Below, piece after piece: positions 10,361 through 20,699 of a stretch of 21,714 bases of DNA. The stretch lies in assembly GCF_004010195.1 (NCBI RefSeq), contig NC_057758.1, positions 1,570,927-1,592,640 of the forward strand, read 5' to 3'. The notes below the pieces were generated by a model. The model had not been told where the DNA came from and made no database searches. It was given only the letters and a program-made list of their open reading frames with translations. The number at the start of each line of letters is the position of its first letter. Position 1 is the first letter of the stretch. The DNA is from Chiloscyllium plagiosum (Eukaryota). Made by a program: the position numbers and the translations under genes.

Positions 10361-10466
10361 CAACACTGATGCTTCATACATCTATGGATATGCAGATCGA
10401 TTTCGCATTGTTCTCCTGCACTTTTCATGTTCCTTCGATTCATAACGTACTCACGTGTGTGTTTAA

Positions 10467-12900
10467 AAGAACAAAGAACAAATGAGAAGTACAGCACAGG
10501 ACAGGCCATACGGCCATCGAAAGCTGTGCTGACCATAATTTCCAAACGGGACCTAAGACACAAACTCTCTACCCTTATTTGGTCCATACCCCGCTATTTC
10601 CTCCCTATTCATGTAACCATGTAATCATCACATCTTAAATGTGGCCAAAGTCCTTGCTTCCACTGACTCTTTTAAGCTCCTATCACTCCCTGCGTGAAAA
10701 ATGCCCTTCGCACATCTTCTTTAACTTACTGCTATCAGTTTGAACCTGTGCCCCCTTGTAGTTGAAACTTTAAAACTGGAAAAAAGATACCTGACAATCC
10801 AGCCTATTTATGCCACTCATGATTTCGTAGACATCAATCAGGTCTCCTCGCAGCTGCCGTCTTTCAACGGAAATCAATCCTCGTCTTTTTAAACTTTTAT
10901 CCTCGGAAATGCTGTCGAGATTAGGCAACATCCTGCTGTATGTTCTCTTCACTCTCTCCAAAGCTTCCACGTGTGGCGACTATAATAGCCCACAATACGA
11001 CAAATTCGACCCGACAGGGTTTTATTCAGCTGCAACATGCTTTGTCAACTCTCACAGTCCATCTTCCGGCCTTTGAAGGCAAGCATACCTGATCACTGCC
11101 CGAGCATTTTCTGCTTCCTTTCTAAAATGTGGGAACAACACTGGCTTATCTCTAGTTCTCTGGACCCTCGCCTGCTGTCAAGGAGGATATGAAGGTATCC
11201 ACTAATAATCTAGCAACTTGTTCCCTTCCCACTCGCAGCAACCTGGGATCGATCCAATCTACACCGGGAACTTGTTTATCTTAGTGGAATTTATGATAAC
11301 CTAAACTTTCTTCTTCAGTATGTTAAACACCTTGGCCAGCTGTGTTGCCACTTTTAAGGAAACGGACACCTGCACATCCATTAATGTTGCTAAGGGTTCT
11401 GCCATTTTCAGTTCCACTCAGACCAAAATTTTATAGTCCAAATTGCATCACCTCGCATTTGCCTGGAATAAATTCCATCTGACATATCTTTGCCCAAGTA
11501 AGTAATCTATTTATATTAGGTTGTATCATTTCACAAACATCAGCAATATCAGTAACTAAACCAATCTTCATGCTATTTGCAAACTTGCTAATCAGACCTC
11601 CAACATTATCCTCCAGGTTATTTACATATGCTACAAGCAAGAGATTCTAGAAACTGATCTCTGTGGAGCACTACCAGTTACCAGTTGCGTTGCTGAAAAT
11701 ACACTTCCACCACTTACTTCTGTCTTCTGTGACAAAAGGCAACAATATATACTTCTGGCTAACATACCCCGAATCTTATGTCATTTGTCTTTGTGCAAAT
11801 CTGCATTTACTAAAGTCCACATGGCAGATTGATGCAAAAAACTAGTCGATATAAAATACATCCACGGCCGTTCCCTCATCAGTTATCTTTGTTTCCTCTT
11901 AACAAACTTTCAATCAGATTGGTGAGGCATGACCTTTCCTTTAAAAAACAATGCTGCCTGACACCTACTACTCCATTTTCTCCCGAAAGATCATATATTT
12001 TGACCCTCAGTAACTTCTGCAAGAGCTTCCCTACCACAGACGTCAAGCTCACTGCCCGAGCATTTTCTGGATTATCCCTGCTTCCTTTCTAAAACATGGG
12101 AACAATACTGGCCAATCTCCAGTTCGCTGGACCCTCGCCTGCGGTCAAAGAGGATATGACGACATCTACTAATAATCTAGTTGCTTTTTCCCTTCCCACT
12201 CGCAGCAACCTGGGATCGATCCAATCTAATCAGTAACTAAACCAATCTTCATGCTATTTGCAAACTTGCTAAACAGACCTCCAAGGTGAAATTTATGATA
12301 TCCTAAACTTCTTTCTTAAGTATATTGACATTAGAGTACTCGCACACTCATTTCAAACTTCAAAATCAGTCGTGTCGTTCTTCTTTGTGAATACTCATTC
12401 AAAGTACTCATTGAGGATCTCTGCCACCCTCTATGACTCCATGCAGAAATTCTTTCCTTTTTCCTTGAACGGGCCTTATCTTTCGTTCACTGCCCTCTTT
12501 CGTCTAATATATGCTTAAAGGCCTACGGATTCTCTTTGAACCTGTTTGCCAAAGGCATTTCATGAACCCCTTTAGCCTTCCTAATTGCATGTTTACTTTC
12601 CTTCCTACGTTCTCCATACTGCTCAAGAGCTTCGTCACTTTGTAGCTCCATAGACCTATCATTACATTTTCCTTATTGATGAACCTTACAATTTTCTTTG
12701 TTATCTGTGGTTTATGAATCCTAAACTTCCTATCTTTTAGTTTTGCAGGGACAGAATATATCCTACACTTTAATCAACTGATTTTAAAAGCCGCCCACAT
12801 GCCAGCGCTAATTTGCCATCAAGAGAAAAGAACTGCTCCCAATCCACATGCCCCAGTTGCTGTCTAATTTGGTAGTAATTGGGCCTTGCCCAATTAAGCC
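10467..12900 (-). mobile_element. Decayed CR1 LINE, ~2.4 kb of ORF2 plus 3' end
   Basis: An (AAAGAAC)2 tail lies at ~10467-10481. Minus ORFs give ALERVKR..SRMLP...ERRQLRGDLIDVYEIM and NNLEDNVGGLISKFANSMKIG...QMEF...[29 protein letters not shown] lies at ~12085-12020. It contains internal duplications (see findings). Confidence 0.85.
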
Positions 12901-12914
12901 CTCTTGAGATGTTC

Positions 12915-13140
12915 TCGAGTCATTACCTCATCCTTTCTGGGTTGAACTTATTTCCCACAGATCTTCTCATTCGAAGAATCCATTGACATTCAACGGTTTT
13001 CAGCTGTCCTCCTTTCTATTTATCACAATATGCAGTTTGCTATTATCCGTAAATTTATTTGTCATAGCTCCTACGTTTAAATATTCCACAAATAACCACG
13101 GATCCGGCACCAAGCTCCAGAAATCTCCTCTTGTGTAGGT
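12915..13140 (-). mobile_element. Small decayed CR1 RT fragment
   Basis: The C-terminus of minus ORF 13000-13434 (LFVEYLN.GAMTNKFTDNSKL...NRKEDS) resembles the FADDTK region. Confidence 0.45.
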
Positions 13141-13947
13141 GCAACTGTACGCATGTTCTGGTCTGTTGATCATCCAACTAGTCAGGAACGTCTGGCATTT
13201 TCTGCATAGTACCCAGAGTGGAGAAATCGCAACACAATATAAATGGACACTTGCATGACCCTGCAGTGTTCCTATCTCTTCTGATATGGATAACTCAGGT
13301 AGAGTGTTCTGTTTCTGCAAGCAATCTGTCATTTCTCCAATGCAAAGTCGATTCAATGAAAACAGCGTAAGAACATTTGCCACTCTCGAATGCTGATAGA
13401 ATTCCAGACACAAACAGAAGCCTTCTCCAATCATGAATCCAGTTTCACATTACACTATTTAGTTGATATTGTCCTGTTTCTGTCTAACATCTAAAAAGCA
13501 GCGGCTCATTTCAGTTTGGATTTCAACTACAGAAGTCCAAGAGTTGAGCAAAGAGTTAGGTGTGTTTTAATCTGCAAACCCGAGATGATGCTCTCACAAC
13601 ACTCTTTTACACAAAGGGAACAAAGAGTGGGACTTGCCAATCCATATCCATTGGAATGTAACATAGATTTACCAGAATAATAGCAGGAAAGCAAGAGTTC
13701 AAAGGGGAGGGACTGGAATGACACAAACGTAGGGTGAATTTTAAATTATCTGGAATGATTAAACATTTTCAATAGAATAATCGAAACTGTTGAAACAGAT
13801 AAAGAGAAATGCGTTGTGCTTCTTGGGGATTTAAGACTTGGATGACCATCTAAAAGTTTAACAGTACACTGAAAATCTTTCAACTAGAAGAAATAGAGGG
13901 CTGCAGATGCTAGAGATCAGAGTTGAGAGTGAGGTGCTGGAATAAAA

Positions 13948-14190
13948 CACGGTGGCACAGTGGGCGGCACGGTGGCACAGTGGTTAGCACTGCTGCCTCA
14001 CAGCGCCTGAGNNNNNNNNNNNNNNNNNNNNNNNNNNNNNNNNNNNNNNNNNNNNNNNNNNNNNNNNNNNNNNNNNNNNNNNNNNNNNNNNNNNNNNNNN
14101 NNNNNNNNNNNNNNNNNNNNNNNNNNNNNNNNNNNNNNNNNNNNNNNNNNNNNNNNNNNNNNNNTAATCTAATCTAAAAAATCTAATCTA
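13948..14190 (+). mobile_element. V-SINE (HE1-like) with duplicated 5' segment and (AATCT)n tail; middle lies in a gap
   Basis: GGGCGGCACGGTGGCACAGTGGTTAGCACTGCTGCCTCACAGCGCC starts at 13962; the tail taatctaatctaaaaaatctaatcta is at 14165-14190. Confidence 0.88.
14012..14164. other. Assembly gap (153 N)
   Basis: Run of N. Confidence 1.
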
Positions 14191-14220
14191 ACAGGTCAGA
14201 CAGCAGCCGAGGAATAAGAG

Positions 14221-14252
14221 AATCGACGTTTCGGGCATAAGCCCTTCTTCAC
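14221..14252 (-). ncRNA. Minimal hammerhead-like motif, lacking C3 and the 5' helix I strand
   Basis: The minus strand reads gTGAAGA-A-GGGC ttat GCCC-GAAA-CGTC-gatt, with a perfect 4-bp helix II and intact GAAA and UC. The first core base is G instead of C. Confidence 0.6.
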
Positions 14253-14309
14253 CATTGCTGATGGCAGGAACGTGGGAATGTTCGCTGATGACCGAGTACG
14301 TTCAGATAA

Positions 14310-14550
14310 ATTTTAAATGTTCAGACTGGGCCTGACTGGGCAAATAACGTACGTGACAGGCAATCACCAGATCACCAATAATGTGTGTAACCATCGTTTT
14401 CATCCATTCACCAAAATGAAAATTGATTGATTCACCAAATTGAACATTCGGCATGGTCATGATTAAACTGAAACTAAATTGAATAAGCCACATAAATAAT
14501 TCAGCTGCCACAGCAAGATATCAGCACAATATGGATAACTCAGCTGGAAA
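14310..14550 (+). mobile_element. Heavily decayed CR1 RT C-terminal fragment
   Basis: tcagactgggc...ggcaaataacgt..caggcaatcacca...gaaactaaattgaataagccacataaata resembles the W..KWQVTF...KLNWT.HIN region. Recognised by eye only. Confidence 0.45.
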
Positions 14551-14899
14551 GAATACACAAATTTTGGTTGATGAAGATGCAAATTTCACAAAGTCTTTAA
14601 ACTCGCTCGCCTAAAATAATGAAGTGCTTCAGCAGTGCCTTGCGAGCAATCCAATTTGAAACACACAGGTTGATAGGGAATTTATCAAAAAGCACATGCC
14701 TGTTTAACCGCTCAATTGGAGCTTTGCAAGTCTTTTTTTTCAGAACCTATCTGCGTTTTAACTCGGTATCAGACTGATTTATCCCGAATACATTAAGTTA
14801 TAAAATACCAATTGTGACTTCAAAAGCTGTGCTGTGTAAAAAACAAACTAAATTCTTCAGCAACTTAAAAAAAAAAAACTAGTTCCCAGATATACGTAT

Positions 14900-15060
14900 G
14901 CTTTGTTTGTTGGTACTTGTGAGGAAGGAAGTACGAATGTGAGGGAATGTGGTTTTGAGCAAATGTGTGATTTTGAGCCAGTGACAGTTTGTGGTTGAGT
15001 TGCATTGAGTGAGATATTGTGTTTGAATATTTTTGAGGTGTATGTACTTGATATATATGT
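14900..15060. repeat. TG-rich low-complexity sequence (continues at 16380-16545 after the LINE)
   Basis: Degenerate (TG)n/tgag runs on both sides of 15061-16330 suggest the LINE inserted into one TG-rich tract. Confidence 0.55.
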
Positions 15061-16330
15061 ATTTATGAGTATCTGGAAACACACTGCTTGATTAGGGACA
15101 GCCAGCACGGATTTGTGAGGGGTAGGTCTTGCCTTACAAGTCTTATTGAACTATTTGAGGAGGTGACCAAGTATGTGGATGAGGGTAGAGCAGTGGATGT
15201 AGTGTACATGGGTTTTAGTAAGGCATTTGATAAGGTTCCCCATGGTAGGCTTATGCGGAACGTCAGGAGGCATGGGATAGTGGGGGTTTGGCCAGTTGGA
15301 TAGAGAACTGGCTAACTGCTCGAAGTCTGAGAGTGGTGGTAGATGGTAAATATTCAGCCTGGAGCCCAGTTGCAAGTGGAGTTCCGCAGGGATCAGTTCT
15401 AGGTCCTCTGCTGTTTGTAATTTTTATTAATGACTTGGAAGAGGGAGTCGAAGGGTGGGTCAGTAAATTTGCAGACGATACGAGGATTGGTGGAGCTGTG
15501 GATTGTGAGGAGGGCTGTTTTCGGCTGGAAAGGGACTTAGATATGATGCAGAGTTGGGCTGAGGAGTGGCAGATGGAGTTCAACCCTGTCAAGTGTGAGG
15601 TCGTCCATTTTGGAAGGACAAATAAGAATGCAGAATACAGGTTTAACGGTAGGGTTCTTAGTAAGGTGGAAAAGCAGAGGGAGCTTGGAGTCTATGTTCA
15701 TAGATCTTTGAAAGTTGCCACTCAGGTGGATAAAACTTGTAAGAAGGCCTATGGTGTATTAGCGTTCATTAGCAGAGGGATTGAATTCAAGAGTCGTGAG
15801 GTGATGTTGTAGCTGTATATGACCTTGGTAAGGCCGCGTTTAGGGTACTGTGTGAAGTTCTGGTCGCTTCATTTTAGGAAAGATGTGAAAGCTTTGGAGA
15901 GGGTGCAGAGGAGATTTACCAGGATGTTGCTTGGAATGGAGAATAGGTCGTACGAGGATAGGTTGAGAATGCTAGGCCTTTTCTCATTGGAACGGAGAAG
16001 GATGAGGGGTGACTTGATAGGGATTTATAAGATGATCAGGGGAAAAGATAGAGTAGACAGTCAGAGACTTTTTCCCCGGGTACAACAGAGTGTTACAAGG
16101 GGACATAAATTTAAGATGAAGGGTGGAAGGTATAGGGGGATGCCAGAGGTAGGTTCTGGTGGGGGCATGGAATGCGCTGCGGGAGTGGCAGAGTCAGAAT
16201 CATTGGTGACCTTTAAGTGGCAATTGGATAGGTACATGGATAGGTGCTTAAGCAAGGACAAATGTTCGGCACAACATCGTGGACCGAAGGGCCTGTTCTG
16301 TGCTGCATTGTTCTATGTTCTATGTTCTAT
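15061..16330 (+). mobile_element. Second young 5'-truncated CR1 LINE copy, same family as 8030-9807; ORF2 disabled
   Basis: It aligns directly to 8991-9448 and 9670-9800. Motifs are [39 protein letters not shown] and LFSLERRRMRGDL. It has a frameshift near 15285, a TAG at 15810-15812 and a (GTTCTAT)3 tail. No clear TSD. Confidence 0.95.
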
Positions 16331-17889
16331 CTCTGTGTACAGTTGAGAAATGCAGTCACATCGTGAAATTGTAATGTCCTTTAAGTGAGCGCCTGTGTGA
16401 GAATGTGTGTATCTGCAAGCGTGTGTGAGCAACTGAAAGCGGACAAAAGCATGACAGTGTGTTTGCATATGTGGGCATGTGTGCATGTGAAAGGCTAAGT
16501 GTGTGAGTGTTTTTGTCTATGTATTTCTATGTCTATGTGTGTGAAGGGGGATCTCCAAAGGAACACTAATATCTTCAGTGAAATAGCAAATCTGATTGAG
16601 AGAGAACCACAACATTTCCTTGCATTTGTAATAAATGTCTCCTAACACTGACTGGTCATGCAGCGTTTGTCCTTCGCATTATTGACTATATGGTCATGCT
16701 AAAGTTCTGATATCATAAAGCCGACGGACCAAATCATTAAACAATTTCCCACCATTTAGAACAGAGGCATTCTGTTTCATTTCTTCTTTTCTTCCCACAA
16801 ATGTGAATCACCTTTCACCACGTTATATTCGAACTGCAATTCTTAAAGCAACCATCTATAAGATAGAGATAGAAAATTAAGTGGTATGACGGGATGTAGG
16901 AGGCTCCACTATATTCAATACTTTCATATTGTTATTATAATTTCTAGTCAGAAAACTGACTTCCGTCAGAGACAAATACTGACTGGAACTGAAAGTATAG
17001 ATTGGAAATAGAGTGTGATTTTAACATGTCACTGAGTTCGTTTGCAATTCTCCATTGCACTTTGACTGCAATCCACGTTATGTTCCATGTGACAAATATC
17101 TGTCCAAACAGTGAATTCGTCCATATCTGTTGCATTCCCTTTGATCTTAACCAAAGTCATCTCACACAACGTGGTCTTGTCTTTTAAGTTGGAGGCACGA
17201 CATTGTTTCTCTTCATCTAAGTTATTGATATGAATGATATATTGCTGCGACTTTATGAGTGACGCTTCTGGCAGCCGATTAGTACCGGCACACCAACCTG
17301 CAAAATAGTCTTTTGTGGTCCTTCTATTTTGGTGGGCACAAACAGCACTTTAGACGCATTACACAGTGTATTCAGGCTTTCCAATGTTGTTGTATACTTT
17401 CAGTACATTAGGTGACAGGGAAGGGATTGCGAAGCCACAGGCAAAAAGAAAGGGAACGAGCCAAAAAGGAAAGAGAGGAATAAAGGTTGAGGTGGAGCTG
17501 TGAGAAATTATTGAACTGAACCACTTCCTAAATGATTATATAAATTCAAAAAAAAATAACATTCATTTGGGATTGGAATTGAAATTTGTGGCGAACTTTC
17601 ATGTTATCCAGGGGTTAGCTAAGAATTCTCCTGGATAAATGCGACCTGAATCACAAATCCCCTCTGGTCAGCTCGTTTGACCAAGTTTAAACCAGGACGT
17701 TTGTCAGAAAATAAACTAGGTAGTTGTGGCGAACTCAAATGAGTACCAGTGAGCAGGATGTTTCGTGTGCAAATTGTGCTTGATAGTTCTGTTGATCACA
17801 CTGAATATCTGGTTTTTTAGATAACTAAGAACAGACTGATGGAGCCGTTGTTAATTGGTTTAGACATCTCTAAAATTCATTTGTTGCAC

Positions 17890-18020
17890 TTGGGCTTCGC
17901 TGGTTCGCCAGCATTATTAGCCCATCCTATTTACCTTTGACAAGGTAAGCTGCCTTCTTGAATCACTGCAGTCTAGTTGTCGTACATTGAACCAAAATGC
18001 CGGTAGGGCATGAATTCCCT
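17890..18020. repeat. Decayed interspersed repeat (probable antisense LINE/SINE 3' end)
   Basis: cgctggttcgccagcattattagcccatcc...gctgccttcttgaatcactgcagtc resembles a common elasmobranch retroposon terminus. Family not assigned. Confidence 0.4.
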
Positions 18021-18328
18021 GCTTAAAATGCACTGCACATCACTGGATATTTGTTATTAATATATTAGGTAGATGTCATTGTTATACTTGGATTGCAAAA
18101 GTTTGTTTGTGACAAGTCAGGTTTTGGAGTATTCACTACCGTAGGCCAAGTACTTTTTTAGCTCACTTCCTTTGTGAAATCTATTATACTCACATGTCAC
18201 GTGGAATAAATGAAATTGACTGAGTACTGGCTGGGCCTCTTAAGGAGTCATGAAATATTGCCTTCGCATATTTGCGCTGTTTCAGACCTGCCAGGATGGC
18301 CATTTAGTATTTTTTATATTTAATGAAT

Positions 18329-18454
18329 ATTGGTTTGTTTTCGAGGCGCTGAACGCCAATTAAACTGATCTCAGTATATGAATTGAACAATTGTAAATAG
18401 TGTTTGTGATGATGTAACTTGAGTGTGTCACAGGAGACTTGAGGTATGTATAAA
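18329..18454 (+). promoter_or_regulatory. Candidate core promoter of the GPCR gene
   Basis: TATAAA at 18449-18454 (80 nt before the ATG), CCAAT at 18356-18360 and ATTGG at 18329-18333. Supported only by short motifs and position. Confidence 0.35.
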
Positions 18455-18528
18455 TGGGCGATGACTTCCACTGCCTCAACCGTGCATCAGTCTTCAGCTG
18501 TGACTCAATTTTCGTACTATTACAGAAA

Positions 18529-18598
18529 ATGGAACAGCCAGGAATTCTGTTGATGAAAGAAATTTACTATCCGATTTTGGCAGCCATTGGTGTGCCTG
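18529..18598 (+). CDS. GPR139/GPR142-like class A GPCR, coding exon 1 (MEQPGILLMKEIYYPILAAIGVP + 1 nt)
   Basis: Good Kozak context (AAAATGG). It encodes the first half of TM1 (YYPILAAIGVP) and ends at a canonical donor G|GTGAGT, phase 1, in frame with exon 2. Confidence 0.9.
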
Positions 18599-18689
18599 GT
18601 GAGTCACTTTATTTTGTATTGTTATCGTGCATGAACTGTCTCTCTTCTTTCTCGCTCGAAATGTAGAATAATGCAACACATTTATACAA

Positions 18690-18850
18690 AGTCACAAGTA
18701 ACAGTTGCAAACGCAGGCATTGCTGGAAAAATGCTGGCAGCAACTGTGAAATTAAGAACTGAGGTAACGTTTCTGAGCTAGTGACTCTTTGAAGTAATTT
18801 CTGTTTCAGTTTCAGATTTCTACTATCGGCAGTTCTTTTTGTTTTATTTG
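18690..18850 (-). repeat. Intronic decayed short repeat related to Penelope terminal repeats
   Basis: ttgctggaaaa...ggcagca...aacgtttc.gag....gactctt resembles 13935-14250 in layout. The minus strand has a collapsed hammerhead-like ...aagagtcactagctcaGAAACGTTA. Confidence 0.4.
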
Positions 18851-19176
18851 AACTGTTAGTAGATATTTGTATCATTTGGCCAAACCTTACGTTGCAGTTT
18901 ACTTGTAATTTAATCAGATTGTGTTGCACTGCTTTTGAACGTTTAGGAGAATAATTTAGTCGCATTGCTTGGCACTCAGTTCCTTTTGAAAAGCCAGGTT
19001 TGTAACAAACCTTTACTCATTACAGAAGGTTTCCAAGGCAATTGCTTTAAAACAAATCGTCTTGCTACACGATAGTTTGCATTCACGCTGATAGAGTGAA
19101 CATTTGCTGTTCAGGTATATCTATTGCATTCTTCAACAGACAATGGAACATTGCTATCTGTTTTCGTTTCTTACAG

Positions 19177-20081
19177 CGAACCTGCTGACAATTGTGGTTC
19201 TTTTTCGAGGAAACTGCGCTCTTTCGAAGTGTATCTCTGTCTATATGGTGGCCATGGCAACAGCAGATCTACTGGTCATGCTCAATAATGTTTTAATATA
19301 CTATATTTTCAGTTATCACTTTCCAACTTCATTCCTGTCACAGACCTCCGTTTGTAAATGCATTATCTACATGACAGGTGTTACGCTTGATTGTTCTGTT
19401 TGGTTCACTGTTTCCTTTACGTTCGACCGATTTGTGGTGATATGCTGTCGGAAGTTTAAGACAAAGTACTGTACTGAAAGAACAGCGGTTATAGTTGTTA
19501 CAATTCTCGTTCTCCTGGTCTTTTTGAAAGATGTCCCAATTTTGCTTTCATTTGATCCTGAGATAACAGTTAACAAAATACAATGGGGATGCCGGGCAAA
19601 GGCATCTTTCTTCTCCTCAGATTTTGGTAAAACATTTGTGTGGTTTCACAGCTCTTCCCTCATTTGGTTCCCTTTCATTTTGATTGCCACATTTAACTCT
19701 TTAACTATCAGAAAGATTGTGCTGAGCAGTCGAGCCAGAAGAAGAATCCACAACCATACCCATGAGAATCAGAGTGATTCTGAGATGCAGAATCGAAAGA
19801 AATCCGTAATCTTGCTCTTCGCTATTTCAAGCAGCTTCATATTGTTGTGGTTAACACATGCTGTGACATTAGTAACGACCAAACTGACAAACACTACTTA
19901 TTACCGAGGTGATCGCACAGACCCAGGCTACATCGCCACTGAAGTTGCAGCTCTCTTGAGGTATTTTAGCTCCTCTCTAAACCCATGGATTTATGCAGCA
20001 ACCCAGACGGTATTTAGGGAACAACTGAAATATACATTATTATCTCCCTGTACGCTATTTATCAGATTAAGTAGGAAATGA
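19177..20081 (+). CDS. GPR139/GPR142-like class A GPCR, coding exon 2 (spliced protein 324 aa)
   Basis: The acceptor ttttcgtttcttacAG at 19175-19176 restores GVP-A-NLLT. There are seven hydrophobic segments with TM2 MATADL, a TM3 Cys and DRF (19425-19433), an ECL2 Cys (WGC), a TM5 Pro, TM7 NPWIY (19980-19994) and helix 8 FREQL. No stops before TGA at 20079-20081. It is too divergent to call an orthologue of GPR139, so no symbol is given. Confidence 0.93.
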
Positions 20082-20699
20082 GGGACAAAACGACAACTTT
20101 GAAACATTTTCTCGACGTAAAGCTTTTATTTAAACGCATTTCATATCGAACTAGCTCCTTCACAGTGTGGTGACCATCACAACGCGACTTTGTGTATCTT
20201 TCTTCCGAAGTGCAGAGTATCGTTTATGCAGAATTAATTTTAGGCATGATGCAAGATGTGATCTGTGCAGTGTCAGGCAACTTTCATCTTTAGAAAAAGA
20301 TACAGAACAGGAGGAAGGAAACTAAATACGTAGAATTAGGAATGAGAGGGTTTGCAGAACTGAGATTGAAATGACTGGGTGGAAGATGAGAAGAAGTAAT
20401 ATATGTAATAACAAACGAGCCAAGCATGGCGTGGTGCTGAACGGGGTTCATGTGATAAGTAGGGAGTAGTGTGTGTGGGTGGTTAACAGAGTGTGGAATA
20501 TGAGCAAGTGAAATTGGAGTGTGGATCAAAGATATTAATGAAAACATATATCAGGTTGTCCTCATGCTTGGTAAAAACCGTGTAAGTTGTATTACATGTC
20601 GGCGTGAAATATGTCCCCATTGGACTCAATGGGGCATTGGTTCTTTTAATGGACGAGTGACCTCATCATTCAATCAAGGAAAGGTATAATTTCATTGGG

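Larger units (their letters stand above)
13890..14251 (-). mobile_element. Penelope-like terminal repeat remnant, split by a SINE
   Basis: 14191-14251 is a reverse-complement homologue of 6044-6104 (tgaagaagggcttatgcccgaaacgtcgattctc...ctgacctg). 13890-13950 appears to continue it on the other side of the SINE. Confidence 0.75.

Noticed and set aside
15040..16345. Target-site duplication for the second young LINE
   Set aside because: No convincing direct repeat; the flanks are low-complexity.
19104..19176. ORF-track N-terminus MLFRYIYC...MEHCYLFSFLT (single-exon GPCR model)
   Set aside because: It starts at a TTG, runs through a polypyrimidine tract and AG acceptor, and lacks the first half of TM1, which exon 1 supplies in phase.
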